Shown here: positions 8,388 through 16,796 of the stretch, piece by piece
Numbering within the stretch: the first letter of the stretch is position 1
How the letters are laid out: every line of letters begins with the position of its first letter
From: an uncultured Thermoplasmatales archaeon
GTDB lineage: Archaea; Thermoplasmatota; E2; UBA202; DSCA01
Assembly: GCA_964514975.1 (NCBI GenBank)
Contig: CAZESS010000023.1
Span: 1-27,253, forward strand
Length of the DNA stretch: 27,253 bases
Direction of reading: 5' to 3'
Made by a program: the position numbers and the translations under genes
The notes under the pieces: generated by a model
Told to the model about the DNA's origin: nothing
What the model saw: the letters and a program-made list of their open reading frames with translations, nothing else
The model's database searches: none

Positions 8388-8469
8388 ACATCCGTAATAT
8401 ACACCACTTATTAAGTTTAACCATCGTTAAAGTTATTAACGTATGCGGGATACATTGTTCGGTGAACAC

Positions 8470-10377
8470 ATGAACAAAACTGTTGTCTCTGTTCTGGCAT
8501 TAATACTGCTGGTTTTTTCAACCGCTCTGTTTTTTTCAACGGATGCTGACAGTGCTGGCGAAGAAGCCACTAAAGAAACGAGGTCTACCCATACGGTGAT
8601 GGTGGAGGTGGGAACGGCGACATGGTGCCCCAGCTGTCCTGCTGCCAACACGGCATGGCACAACATCTACAGCGGTGGCAGCTATGATTTCGAATACTGC
8701 GAAATGGTGACGGACATGAACTCCGTGGCCGATGCACGCATGGACGAGTACAACATATACTGGGTTCCCACGTCGTACTATGACGGAGGATATGACGTCG
8801 TCACCGGTAGCTCCGGATTGGAATCCGGCCTTTCCGCCGCCGAGCAGCGGACCGTCTACGACATCGACGCCGCCATCACAAGCTGCACATGGCTGGGTAA
8901 CGCATCCATCGGCATCGACGTCAGCGTGACAAACAACGAAGCCACGACCTACCACGGGTCGATAAAGGTCTACACCATTGAACTGGTGTCTTCCATGTGG
9001 AATGATTACAATGGGAACCCCTACTACCATGCCTTCCTTGACTTCCCCATAGAGCAAACCGTGTCTATCCCCCCGGGGGACACATATGCCACCGACACCG
9101 TCTGGGACGGGGCCGCAGCGGGCTACCCAGGGATAACCATCGATAACACGCAGGTCACCCTCGCCGTGTTCAACGACACCGTCCACACCGGCTATTCGGA
9201 CCCACCGAGTGGCGCACCATTCAACGCATACTACGTTGACGAGACAACAGCGGCAATGCCCGGCAACGTATCCGACAGCACCCCGCCGAACATCGGCCTC
9301 ATCACGGCGACGCCGCCCCAGCAGGACATGTACGGACATGTGAACCTTACCGTGAACGTCACCGACAACGCCGGCGTCGACGTGGTGAAAGCAATCATCA
9401 ATTACCCGGATGGCTCGTCGGTGAACGAGACCATGACGCAGGTCGCCGGAACCGACACCTACTCCTACAACACGACCTACGACCTGCCGGGCAGCTACCT
9501 GGTCCAGATATGGACGCAAGACGTCAACGGCAACACCAACACATCCTGCTGCCCATTCTATTTCACCATCACCGACATCATCCTCCCGCAAATCCCGGAT
9601 GTGACCGCGACCCCAGCATCGCAGTATGCAGGCGAACACGTGAACATCACCGCGCAGGCCACCGACAACGTCGGCATATCGACGGTAGCCGTCAACGTCA
9701 CCGCTCCCGGCGGCAGCCATACCAACGCCACCATGACACGGATAAGCGGCACCGACACCTACTACTACAACGCCACCTATTTCGCCCCCGGGGCGTATAG
9801 TTTCACGGTCTGGTGCGACGACTGGGAGGGCAACAGCAACATGTCAGGCCCCAACAGCTTCACTATCATGGACGCCACGGTGGACCTGTCCTTTTCCACG
9901 GGCTGGAACCTGATGACGGTGCCCGTCGCCAATGGTTACAACGCGAGCTCGCTTGGCGCGGCAATCCCGGGCTGTAACATTGTGGCCTACTGGAACGCCT
10001 CCGCTGGGATGTTCCAGTCCTATGTGGTTGGCATAACACCGGGCTCGGGCTTCGCTATCGAGGACGGCGTCGGCTACTTCGTATATGTGAACACGTCCGA
10101 TACGTTTTCGGTGACCGGCGCGCCACTGTCAAGCGTTGCGGTTGACCTGTTTACGGGATGGAACACGATCGGCTGGTATGACGCCAACGTGACGAGTGCG
10201 AGCTCGCTCGCCCCGTCGGTGCCCTATTGCAGCATCGCGGCCTACTGGAACGCGTCGAGCGGCACGTTTGAGTCGTACACGGTCGGAGTGACGCCGCCAC
10301 CCGGGTTTACCATTACCAGGGGTATGGGCGTGTTCGTCTATGTCACCACATCGGGCACCTGGAACGGGCAGGGCTGA
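8470..10377 (+). CDS. Secreted protein with a thioredoxin-like CxxC (Omp28-like) domain, two Ig-like repeats and two C-terminal GWN repeats
   Basis: GGTGA Shine-Dalgarno before ATG 8470 and a signal peptide. VEVGTATWCPSCP motif. Duplicated (H)VN[LI]T..TDNxG...GTDTY.YN.TY units and duplicated TGWN...AYWNAS.G.F.SY.VG...G.G.FVYV units. Many NxS/T sequons. Confidence 0.82.
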   Translation: MNKTVVSVLALILLVFSTALFFSTDADSAGEEATKETRSTHTVMVEVGTATWCPSCPAANTAWHNIYSGGSYDFEYCEMVTDMNSVADARMDEYNIYWVPTSYYDGGYDVVTGSSGLESGLSAAEQRTVYDIDAAITSCTWLGNASIGIDVSVTNNEATTYHGSIKVYTIELVSSMWNDYNGNPYYHAFLDFPIEQTVSIPPGDTYATDTVWDGAAAGYPGITIDNTQVTLAVFNDTVHTGYSDPPSGAPFNAYYVDETTAAMPGNVSDSTPPNIGLITATPPQQDMYGHVNLTVNVTDNAGVDVVKAIINYPDGSSVNETMTQVAGTDTYSYNTTYDLPGSYLVQIWTQDVNGNTNTSCCPFYFTITDIILPQIPDVTATPASQYAGEHVNITAQATDNVGISTVAVNVTAPGGSHTNATMTRISGTDTYYYNATYFAPGAYSFTVWCDDWEGNSNMSGPNSFTIMDATVDLSFSTGWNLMTVPVANGYNASSLGAAIPGCNIVAYWNASAGMFQSYVVGITPGSGFAIEDGVGYFVYVNTSDTFSVTGAPLSSVAVDLFTGWNTIGWYDANVTSASSLAPSVPYCSIAAYWNASSGTFESYTVGVTPPPGFTITRGMGVFVYVTTSGTWNGQG

Positions 10378-10406
10378 ACGGGCGCCGCCATATCTGCGCC
10401 GTTTTC
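10378..10406 (+). terminator. Possible hairpin plus T-tract terminator
   Basis: ACGG(G)CGC...GCGCCGT followed by a short T run, directly after the stop at 10377. Confidence 0.35.
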
Positions 10407-10529
10407 AATTCGGTAGGGCGAAGCAGGATAGCATTGCCAGGTAGATGGTATCCGGTCAGCCAAACGGGGTGTGAAGCCTCTGGGGGGGGGGTTTCCAAAC
10501 CTTTTTGTAGCGACAGCCAATCCAGAGAT

Positions 10530-11828
10530 GTGTGGTCACAACTGCTGCAGGCACTCTTCCTTTTGCTGCTGCCACTGGTTTTGCTGGCTGCGCTGCTCGC
10601 CGCATATGTCACCCATCGGGGCATGTTCCGTGCCATCGGGCTGTCACGCCAGGAAATAGGCCTCATCGCCATCGGTCCGTTCGCGGCGATGCTGTTCGAC
10701 ATCCCCGTGTTCATCTACCAGGACTATTTTTTGGCGTTCAACGTCGGCGGCGCCCTGGTCCCCATCGCGCTCTCCGTCCATCTGGCCCGCAAACATGACG
10801 TCGGTGTCCTTCGCCTCGCTCTCGGCACCGCGGTCGTCGCTGTCGCCTCGTTCATGGTCACCCGGGTGACCGACATGGGCGTCGTGGCGTCGTTTCCCTT
10901 TTATCTGCTCCCGTCGATCCTGGCTGCGCTGCTCGCGTTGCTCCTGGCGTCCCGCCGCTCGGTTGCGGCGCCGGGTTATGCCTATGCCATTGCCACCCTG
11001 GGTGTGGTCATCGGCGCTGATTTTTTTCATTTCCCCGAGATTTTCAGCGAGCCGTTCATGGGCTCGGTCGGCGGCGCCGGGCTGTATGACATGGTGTACA
11101 TCGTCGGGTTGCTGGCGCTCTGCCTGGTGCTGCCGTTCATGCACCGGGCTGTCAAACAGCGCTCCTTTCGCAGCCGTGACCCGCATCTGCTGCTGAGACG
11201 GGCGCGCCGCACGTCGGACTGGAAGCTCTCGCGCACCCTCATCGTCCGGGCGGTGCGGGAAAAGCTCGCCCGTCTTGGCTTTACAGGTGACGCTCGGGCG
11301 CTCCGGCGGCTGCTCGGCAGCGCCGCCGCCCGTGATTTCACGGTGCTGCAAACCCATGCGCTGCGGGATGTCGGGGACATCAGGGCGGCCTGGACGACCG
11401 GTCGGTTGCTGCTCGGCTCGCTGGACACGGTGGAGCGCCGCCGCTATGCCTCGGCGCTGGCCCGCGCTGCCGCGTTTTGTGTCGATGCCGTCATCCTGGG
11501 GGTTTTGTCGCTGCTGCCGGCGCTGCTGTCGAGCTTTGGCATGCTGCGGATGTTTTTCGTGTTCTTTTTTTCGCTGCAGTTGCTCTATTTCACGGGCCTG
11601 GAATGGCTGATGGGTATCACGGTCGGCAAGGGTCTGCTCGGGCTCATGGTGACCGATGAGCGCGGCGGCGGCCTGGATTTCATGACCGCGTTCACCCGGA
11701 ACATCATCCGGTTTTTCGACATGCTGCTGCTCGGCTACCTGGTCAGCCTTGTGATGATCGGGTTTTCGGGAAAAAAGCAGCGGCTCGGCGACATCGTTGC
11801 CGGTACAGTGGTGATGAAAAACAGATAG
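10530..11828 (+). CDS. DUF1614-like membrane domain fused to a C-terminal RDD domain
   Basis: DUF1614-type motifs LAFNVGGALVP, LGVVIGAD and SVGGAGLYD. RDD motifs RAAAFCVD, TVGK..LGL.V, RNIIRFFD and QRLGDIVAGTVV. GTG start inferred. Confidence 0.78.
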   Translation: MWSQLLQALFLLLLPLVLLAALLAAYVTHRGMFRAIGLSRQEIGLIAIGPFAAMLFDIPVFIYQDYFLAFNVGGALVPIALSVHLARKHDVGVLRLALGTAVVAVASFMVTRVTDMGVVASFPFYLLPSILAALLALLLASRRSVAAPGYAYAIATLGVVIGADFFHFPEIFSEPFMGSVGGAGLYDMVYIVGLLALCLVLPFMHRAVKQRSFRSRDPHLLLRRARRTSDWKLSRTLIVRAVREKLARLGFTGDARALRRLLGSAAARDFTVLQTHALRDVGDIRAAWTTGRLLLGSLDTVERRRYASALARAAAFCVDAVILGVLSLLPALLSSFGMLRMFFVFFFSLQLLYFTGLEWLMGITVGKGLLGLMVTDERGGGLDFMTAFTRNIIRFFDMLLLGYLVSLVMIGFSGKKQRLGDIVAGTVVMKNR

Positions 11829-11900
11829 AACGGGGGAAAAGGGCAGGTCGTGCCTGCGTGTGTGGGGCATGCGCCCCTGCTGGCCGAAAACGGATGTCGA

Positions 11901-12092
11901 TTACTCTATTATTTCGACGTGCACTGCTTTCGGTCCACGTGCTTCCTCTTTCATGTCGAACTTGACCTTTGTACCTTCGGTTAGCTGCGCGCCCGACTGG
12001 ACGTCGGACTCGTGTACGAAAACGTCTTCCTGTAGTTCATCTGTCTCTATGAATCCATAGGACATCATCCATTTCTTTACTGTTCCTTCCAT
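11901..12092 (-). CDS. Cold-shock domain protein (CspA family)
   Basis: 63 aa, MEGTVKKW..SYGFI...DVFVHES...L.EG.KV.F....RGPKA, containing RNP1 and RNP2. CAGGAG Shine-Dalgarno, and a CTATATATAG box at 12127-12136. Confidence 0.93.
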   Translation of the reverse strand: MEGTVKKWMMSYGFIETDELQEDVFVHESDVQSGAQLTEGTKVKFDMKEEARGPKAVHVEIIE

Positions 12093-12241
12093 AGTAGGTT
12101 GTCTCCTGCCCGCATACCTCACACCCCTATATATAGTTTGCGGATACCCGCATTTCAGGAGGGGCCAACCCCGTGGCAGGGAGGGAGCATGGCTGGTAGT
12201 CTGCATGTCCATGGGAAAAACTATGTATCTCGGCGATATAC

Positions 12242-12799
12242 ATGGATATGGACTGGATGGTCATGGGCGAAGCAATCTGGCTGATTCTGCCCGCCTATCT
12301 GGCCAACGCATCGGCGGTTGTGCTGGGCGGCGGCCGCCCCGTGGACGGCGGCCGGATGTGGCACGGTGCCCGCCTGCTCGGCGACGGAAAAACCTGGCGT
12401 GGGCTGCTCGCCGGTGTCGCCGTCGGCGTGCTCGCCGGCGTCATCATGAGCATCGCCGTTCCAGATACGTATGGTGACGGCGTGGCCGCCATCCCGGTCC
12501 TCGTGGCGCTGCCGCTGGGTGCGCTCTCCGGCGACATGACCGAGAGCTTTCTGAAACGCCGACGCGGCAAAAAAAGCGGTGAAAGCTGGCCCATTGCCGA
12601 CCAGATGGATTTTTTGCTCGGCGCGCTGCTGCTGTCCTATCTGGTCAGCGCGCTGTTCGACGGCAGCGCATCCGACAACTGGTTTCTCCGGCATTTCGGC
12701 CCCTGGCATGTCGGGTTTCTCCTGGTGTTCACCCCGCTTGTGCATTATCTCGCGAACGTGACCGGCTACCTGGCCGGATTGAAAAAGGTTCCCTGGTGA
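12242..12799 (+). CDS. carS: CDP-archaeol synthase
   Basis: PAYLANASAV, GGGRPVDGG, LLGDGKTWRG, GDMTESFLKRR, DQMDF and C-terminal KKVPW. Confidence 0.93.
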   Translation: MDMDWMVMGEAIWLILPAYLANASAVVLGGGRPVDGGRMWHGARLLGDGKTWRGLLAGVAVGVLAGVIMSIAVPDTYGDGVAAIPVLVALPLGALSGDMTESFLKRRRGKKSGESWPIADQMDFLLGALLLSYLVSALFDGSASDNWFLRHFGPWHVGFLLVFTPLVHYLANVTGYLAGLKKVPW

Positions 12800-12800
12800 T

Positions 12801-13094
12801 ATGATGGCTGAGAAAAAAGAGGAAATAAACGAGGAGCTCCGCCAGTGGCTGGAGGAGCACGGCAACGAGATATCCGACGTTGAGGAGGCCGAGGAGCGCT
12901 ATGCTGCCGATGTCTCCGGTCGCTGCGCGATTTGCAAGGCGCGCCCGGCGAAATACCGCTGCGTCAGGTGTGGCAGAGCGATCTGCCCCTCCTGTTTTCT
13001 GGTGCTGTATGGCCTGTGCCGGGACTGCGCGTCTCCGGAGGCGCGGAAGCTGAAAAACGGCGAGAAGGACTACGGCGTTGATATCATAAAGTAG
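12801..13094 (+). CDS. Small zinc-finger protein with four CxxC pairs
   Basis: CAIC, CVRC, CPSC and CRDC after an acidic N-terminal helix. Starts 1 nt after the carS stop. Confidence 0.8.
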   Translation: MMAEKKEEINEELRQWLEEHGNEISDVEEAEERYAADVSGRCAICKARPAKYRCVRCGRAICPSCFLVLYGLCRDCASPEARKLKNGEKDYGVDIIK

Positions 13095-13140
13095 CCGGGG
13101 ATACCAATAACATTTTATGGCCAGGTGATGATACAGATGC

Positions 13141-14220
13141 ATGAGATCGCCCCTGCATGAACTACATGAGGAACTGGATGCGACGTTCACCGAGTTTGAG
13201 GGCCACACGATGCCGCTGCAGTACAGCTCGATACGGGATGAACATCTCGCCGTGCGGCACCATGTCGGCGTGTTCGACGTGTCGCACATGGGCAACCTCT
13301 ACCTGCGGGGCGCCGATGCCGCGTCGCTGGTCAGCCGGCTGACGACCTGCAACCCCGACAAAATCAAGGTGGGCATGGGGTTTTACACAGCCATCCTGCG
13401 CGAGGACGGCACCATCATCGACGACGAGGTGTTCCTGCACACCGGCAGCGACGAATACCTGTTCGTGCCCAACGCTGGCCGGCATGACACGGTCGCGACA
13501 TGGTTCGCCCGGCAGGCCGAGGACATGGATGTCGAGATGGAAAACCGGAGCAGCCAGGACGTCATCCTTGCGGTGCAGGGCCCATCGTCGCCAGAAGTGC
13601 TCGGCCAGGTTGTCGACGCGCCGCTCGACGACCTCAAGCTGTTCGCCTGCACCGGGGTGGACCGGGGCGACCGATGCATCCTCTCCCGGACAGGGTACAC
13701 CGGCGAGCGGGGATACGAGCTGTATGTAACGCCCGGCGCCGCGGGCCGGGAACTGTTCACCGAGCTGCTCGAAGCCGGCGAGCCATATGACATCAGGCCG
13801 GTGGGGCTGGGCGCCCGCGACACCCTGCGCCTCGAAAAGGGCTTCGCGCTGGCGGGCAACGAGTTCGCCGGCGGGCGCACCCCGGTCGAGGCGGGTATGG
13901 GCTGGGCGATACACTGGGACCATGACTTCACCGGGCGGGACGTGCTGGAAAAGCAAAAAGCCGGCGAGCATGACCGGCTCATGTTTCTCCGCTGCACCGG
14001 GCGCGGCGTCCCCCGGCACGGCCACCGGGTCGAGCTGGACGGCGAGCCGGTAGGCATTGTTACCTCTGGCACATTTTCACCCTGCCTTAAAACAGGTATC
14101 GCGATGGCCTACATCTCGCCCGGATTCCAGGACGCCGACATGTATGACGTGGTGGCCAACGACCGTCGCATCCCGGCCAGGTCGGTGAAGCCGCCGTTCG
14201 TCGAAAAGGGAGACTGTTAG
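13141..14220 (+). CDS. gcvT: Glycine cleavage system aminomethyltransferase T
   Basis: MPLQY, VFDVSHMG, GTIIDD, AVQGP, SRTGYTGERGYE, GLGARDTLRLEKG and VTSGTFSP. GGTGA Shine-Dalgarno upstream. Confidence 0.96.
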   Translation: MRSPLHELHEELDATFTEFEGHTMPLQYSSIRDEHLAVRHHVGVFDVSHMGNLYLRGADAASLVSRLTTCNPDKIKVGMGFYTAILREDGTIIDDEVFLHTGSDEYLFVPNAGRHDTVATWFARQAEDMDVEMENRSSQDVILAVQGPSSPEVLGQVVDAPLDDLKLFACTGVDRGDRCILSRTGYTGERGYELYVTPGAAGRELFTELLEAGEPYDIRPVGLGARDTLRLEKGFALAGNEFAGGRTPVEAGMGWAIHWDHDFTGRDVLEKQKAGEHDRLMFLRCTGRGVPRHGHRVELDGEPVGIVTSGTFSPCLKTGIAMAYISPGFQDADMYDVVANDRRIPARSVKPPFVEKGDC

Positions 14221-14224
14221 CGAC

Positions 14225-15184
14225 ATGAAAACCCAGTTTGTTGCAGATCTCGCCGAGGGCGACCGGGTGAACAGCACCTTTGCGGTCAAGTTCACGAAGC
14301 CGCCGAAGGAGTACAAAAACGTGGGCAAGGACGGCGCATGGTTCGAGCTCCGGCTGTCCGACAAAACAGGCGAGATATCCGCGAAGTACTGGGGCGACGA
14401 CGCCGGTTACACCCGCCAGTTGTTCAGGAGCGTCGAAAAAGGCGACGTGGTGTTCATCCGGGGCCGGGTTGTCACCTACCGGGACAAGCGGGAGATCACC
14501 ATCGAGCGGGATGGCATCCGAACATGCCGGGCCGGGGAATACGACCCCATGGATTTCGTCGAGGTCGGCGAGCATGATACTGAACAGCTGATGGCGGAGC
14601 TTATGTCGCTGATGGAAAACGTGGAGCCGCCCTATGACGCGATCCTGGACGCGTTTTTCCATGACAAGGCGTTCGTCGAGGCGTTCACGGCGGCGCCGGC
14701 GGCGATGCACCGGCATCAGAACTACATCGGCGGTCTGCTCGTGCACACGCTGCACGTCGCGCGGATATGCCAGCGGGTCCATGAGCTGTTTCCCTCCCTG
14801 GACTACAGCCTGCTGATGACCGGCGCCATCCTGCATGATGTTGGCAAGGTCAGGGAGTTCGCCGTCGAAACCTCGATAGACATCTCGGAGGAGGGCATGC
14901 TGCTCGGCCACATCCCCATCGGCGCGCAGATGGTCCATGACCGCGTCAGGGAGATAGCGATGCCGGAGCGCGAGGCCATGAAGGTCCTGCATATCGTTTT
15001 GAGCCATCACGGCCACAAGGAATATGGCTCTCCCAAGGAACCGCAGTTCCCCGAGGCCTATGCGGTCTACCATGCGGATGAGCTCGATGCAAAGGTCGAC
15101 TACGCCCGGATGATAAAGGAAAACGCGGAGACCGAGGACCTCTGGCTGTGGAAGCGGAACATGGGTCACATCTACCTGAAATAG
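14225..15184 (+). CDS. YhaM-like 3'-5' exoribonuclease (OB fold plus HD domain)
   Basis: N-terminal OB fold (L.DKTG.I.AK.W), then PAA..HQ...GGLLVHT, LHDVGK, GMLLGHI, SHHG..EYGSP and HADELDAK. Confidence 0.9.
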   Translation: MKTQFVADLAEGDRVNSTFAVKFTKPPKEYKNVGKDGAWFELRLSDKTGEISAKYWGDDAGYTRQLFRSVEKGDVVFIRGRVVTYRDKREITIERDGIRTCRAGEYDPMDFVEVGEHDTEQLMAELMSLMENVEPPYDAILDAFFHDKAFVEAFTAAPAAMHRHQNYIGGLLVHTLHVARICQRVHELFPSLDYSLLMTGAILHDVGKVREFAVETSIDISEEGMLLGHIPIGAQMVHDRVREIAMPEREAMKVLHIVLSHHGHKEYGSPKEPQFPEAYAVYHADELDAKVDYARMIKENAETEDLWLWKRNMGHIYLK

Positions 15185-15223
15185 GAGAGAAAAAACACAT
15201 ATACCAGGGGGTATTATCGGCCT

Positions 15224-16162
15224 GTGCACAAGGACATCTGGCATGTGGTAGCCCTGTTCGGCGGCGCCGTCGCCGTGCTCCTCCTCGGCCATCTGCTGTT
15301 TATGAGCACCGCGGAGGAAACGTTCGATGCCCTCGTGTCGATACCCCTGTTTGCGGGATTGCTCCTCCTCGGCGCCGGCTTTTTCCTCCGGCAGCGGGTG
15401 CGCCATCTCGTCACCGCAGCCGGCTGGCTCGTCTTCGGTGGCTTCTGGGCGACGCAGCCCGGCTACCTCTATGTGAAGGAGGCCGGCGACATCGTCAACG
15501 CGTCGCTGTGCACCGCCGGCGTGTTCTTGCTGTTCTACCTCGGCTACCATGCCTGGCTGTCCTACCGCCGCGATGAAGAGGTGCATGCGCTGTCGTTCAT
15601 CACCGGCGCCACCTTTGTCTCCGGGTTTTTTTATTTTCTCATCGACCGGCTGGAGGAGCTCTCCGGCGTGCTGGTCAAGGTCGTTGCCGACCAGACGGTC
15701 TGGGTGATGCAGCGATTTGGCTACGACGTCGTCGCCGGCTCCATACAGTATGGCGACTCGGTGTCCGTCCCGGTTTTTTTCAACGGCTGGCCGTCGGTCG
15801 ACATCATCCTGGCCTGCACCGGCCTCCAGTCCATCATGATATTTATCGGGGTCATCGTTGCGCTCCGCGGCGTTGACCGGGGACGCCGCCTGAAGGCGTT
15901 TCTGGCGACGGTTCCCGTCATCTACGGGCTGAACATCGTCCGGAACGTCGGCGTCATATTTGGCGTCGAGGTGCTCGGCGCATCCTTTTACATGATGCAC
16001 AACGTCGTGGGCAAGGCCGGCTCGCTCGTCGCCCTGATCGTTCTGGCCTACATCGCCTTCGAGATACTGCCCGAGCTCTACGACAACATCATGGATTTGT
16101 TCGACCTGCCGAAACGGGAGGGGCCGGTTGAGCGAGCGCTGCAGCGCCCGGGGAAACGATGA
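15224..16162 (+). CDS. artA: Archaeosortase A
   Basis: Multi-pass membrane protein with the exosortase/archaeosortase motifs ILACTGLQS (catalytic Cys), LNIVRN (Arg) and FYMMHNVVGKAGSL. GTG start. Confidence 0.88.
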   Translation: MHKDIWHVVALFGGAVAVLLLGHLLFMSTAEETFDALVSIPLFAGLLLLGAGFFLRQRVRHLVTAAGWLVFGGFWATQPGYLYVKEAGDIVNASLCTAGVFLLFYLGYHAWLSYRRDEEVHALSFITGATFVSGFFYFLIDRLEELSGVLVKVVADQTVWVMQRFGYDVVAGSIQYGDSVSVPVFFNGWPSVDIILACTGLQSIMIFIGVIVALRGVDRGRRLKAFLATVPVIYGLNIVRNVGVIFGVEVLGASFYMMHNVVGKAGSLVALIVLAYIAFEILPELYDNIMDLFDLPKREGPVERALQRPGKR

Positions 16163-16755
16163 TCGCGCATGGCTGCAGGCACATCGCCATGGCGCCGCTG
16201 CCGTTCGCCCTGCTCTCCGTCGCTCTTTCGTTTCTCGACCCGGTCTTTGTTTTTCCTGCGCTTGTCCTCCTGCTCCTCCAGCTCGTTTTTCTGCTGTTTT
16301 TCCGTGACCCTCGCAGGGTCGTTGGCGACGGCGTTGTGTCCCCGGCGGACGGCGTCGTCGTCGAGGCAGACCGCCATGTTTCCATTTTCATGAACCTCTG
16401 GAACGTCCATGTCAACCGGGCGCCGCTGCGGGGTGTCGTCATGTCGATGGAGCACACCCCGGGTCGGCATGCCCCCGCATTCCGGGAACGGGGCGACAAC
16501 GAGCGCCTCCGTATCATGCTGCGGACGGAGCACGGCGACCTCCATGTCGTCCAGATAGCTGGCCTGGTCGCGCGGCGCATCGTGCCCTACATATCCGGGG
16601 GCGAGGTCGTCGAGAAGGGGCAGCGCATCGGTATCATCCGCTTTGGCTCCAAGGTGACGGTGGAGCTGCCCGACGGCGCGACGCCGTCCGTTGTGCCAGG
16701 GGACAGGGTCAGAGCCGGCCAGACAATCGCCCGTCTCGGCGTTGCGACGGGATAA
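16159..16755 (+). CDS. psd: Phosphatidylserine/archaetidylserine decarboxylase proenzyme
   Basis: FFRDP, SPADG, IFMN..NVHVNRAP, NER, QIAGLVARRI and the IRFGS self-cleavage site. ATGA overlap with artA. Confidence 0.92.
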   Translation: MIAHGCRHIAMAPLPFALLSVALSFLDPVFVFPALVLLLLQLVFLLFFRDPRRVVGDGVVSPADGVVVEADRHVSIFMNLWNVHVNRAPLRGVVMSMEHTPGRHAPAFRERGDNERLRIMLRTEHGDLHVVQIAGLVARRIVPYISGGEVVEKGQRIGIIRFGSKVTVELPDGATPSVVPGDRVRAGQTIARLGVATG

Positions 16756-16796
16756 TTTTAAAAATCGGCTGACGATGTATGCATGGGAGGTATTAC

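Noticed and set aside
10378-10529. Intergenic region as a tRNA, SRP RNA or RNase P RNA
   Set aside because: No T-loop GTTC[GA]A, cloverleaf or SRP helix-8 motif was recognised, and it is too short for RNase P or archaeal SRP RNA.
8536-11870. Minus-strand ORFs 8536..9720 and 10644..11870
   Set aside because: Shadows of the thioredoxin-like surface protein and the DUF1614-RDD gene.
14087-16000. 637-aa minus-strand ORF
   Set aside because: Antisense shadow of gcvT, the YhaM-like gene and artA, which have clear motifs. Long shadow ORFs are expected at this GC content, and it has no recognisable domain.
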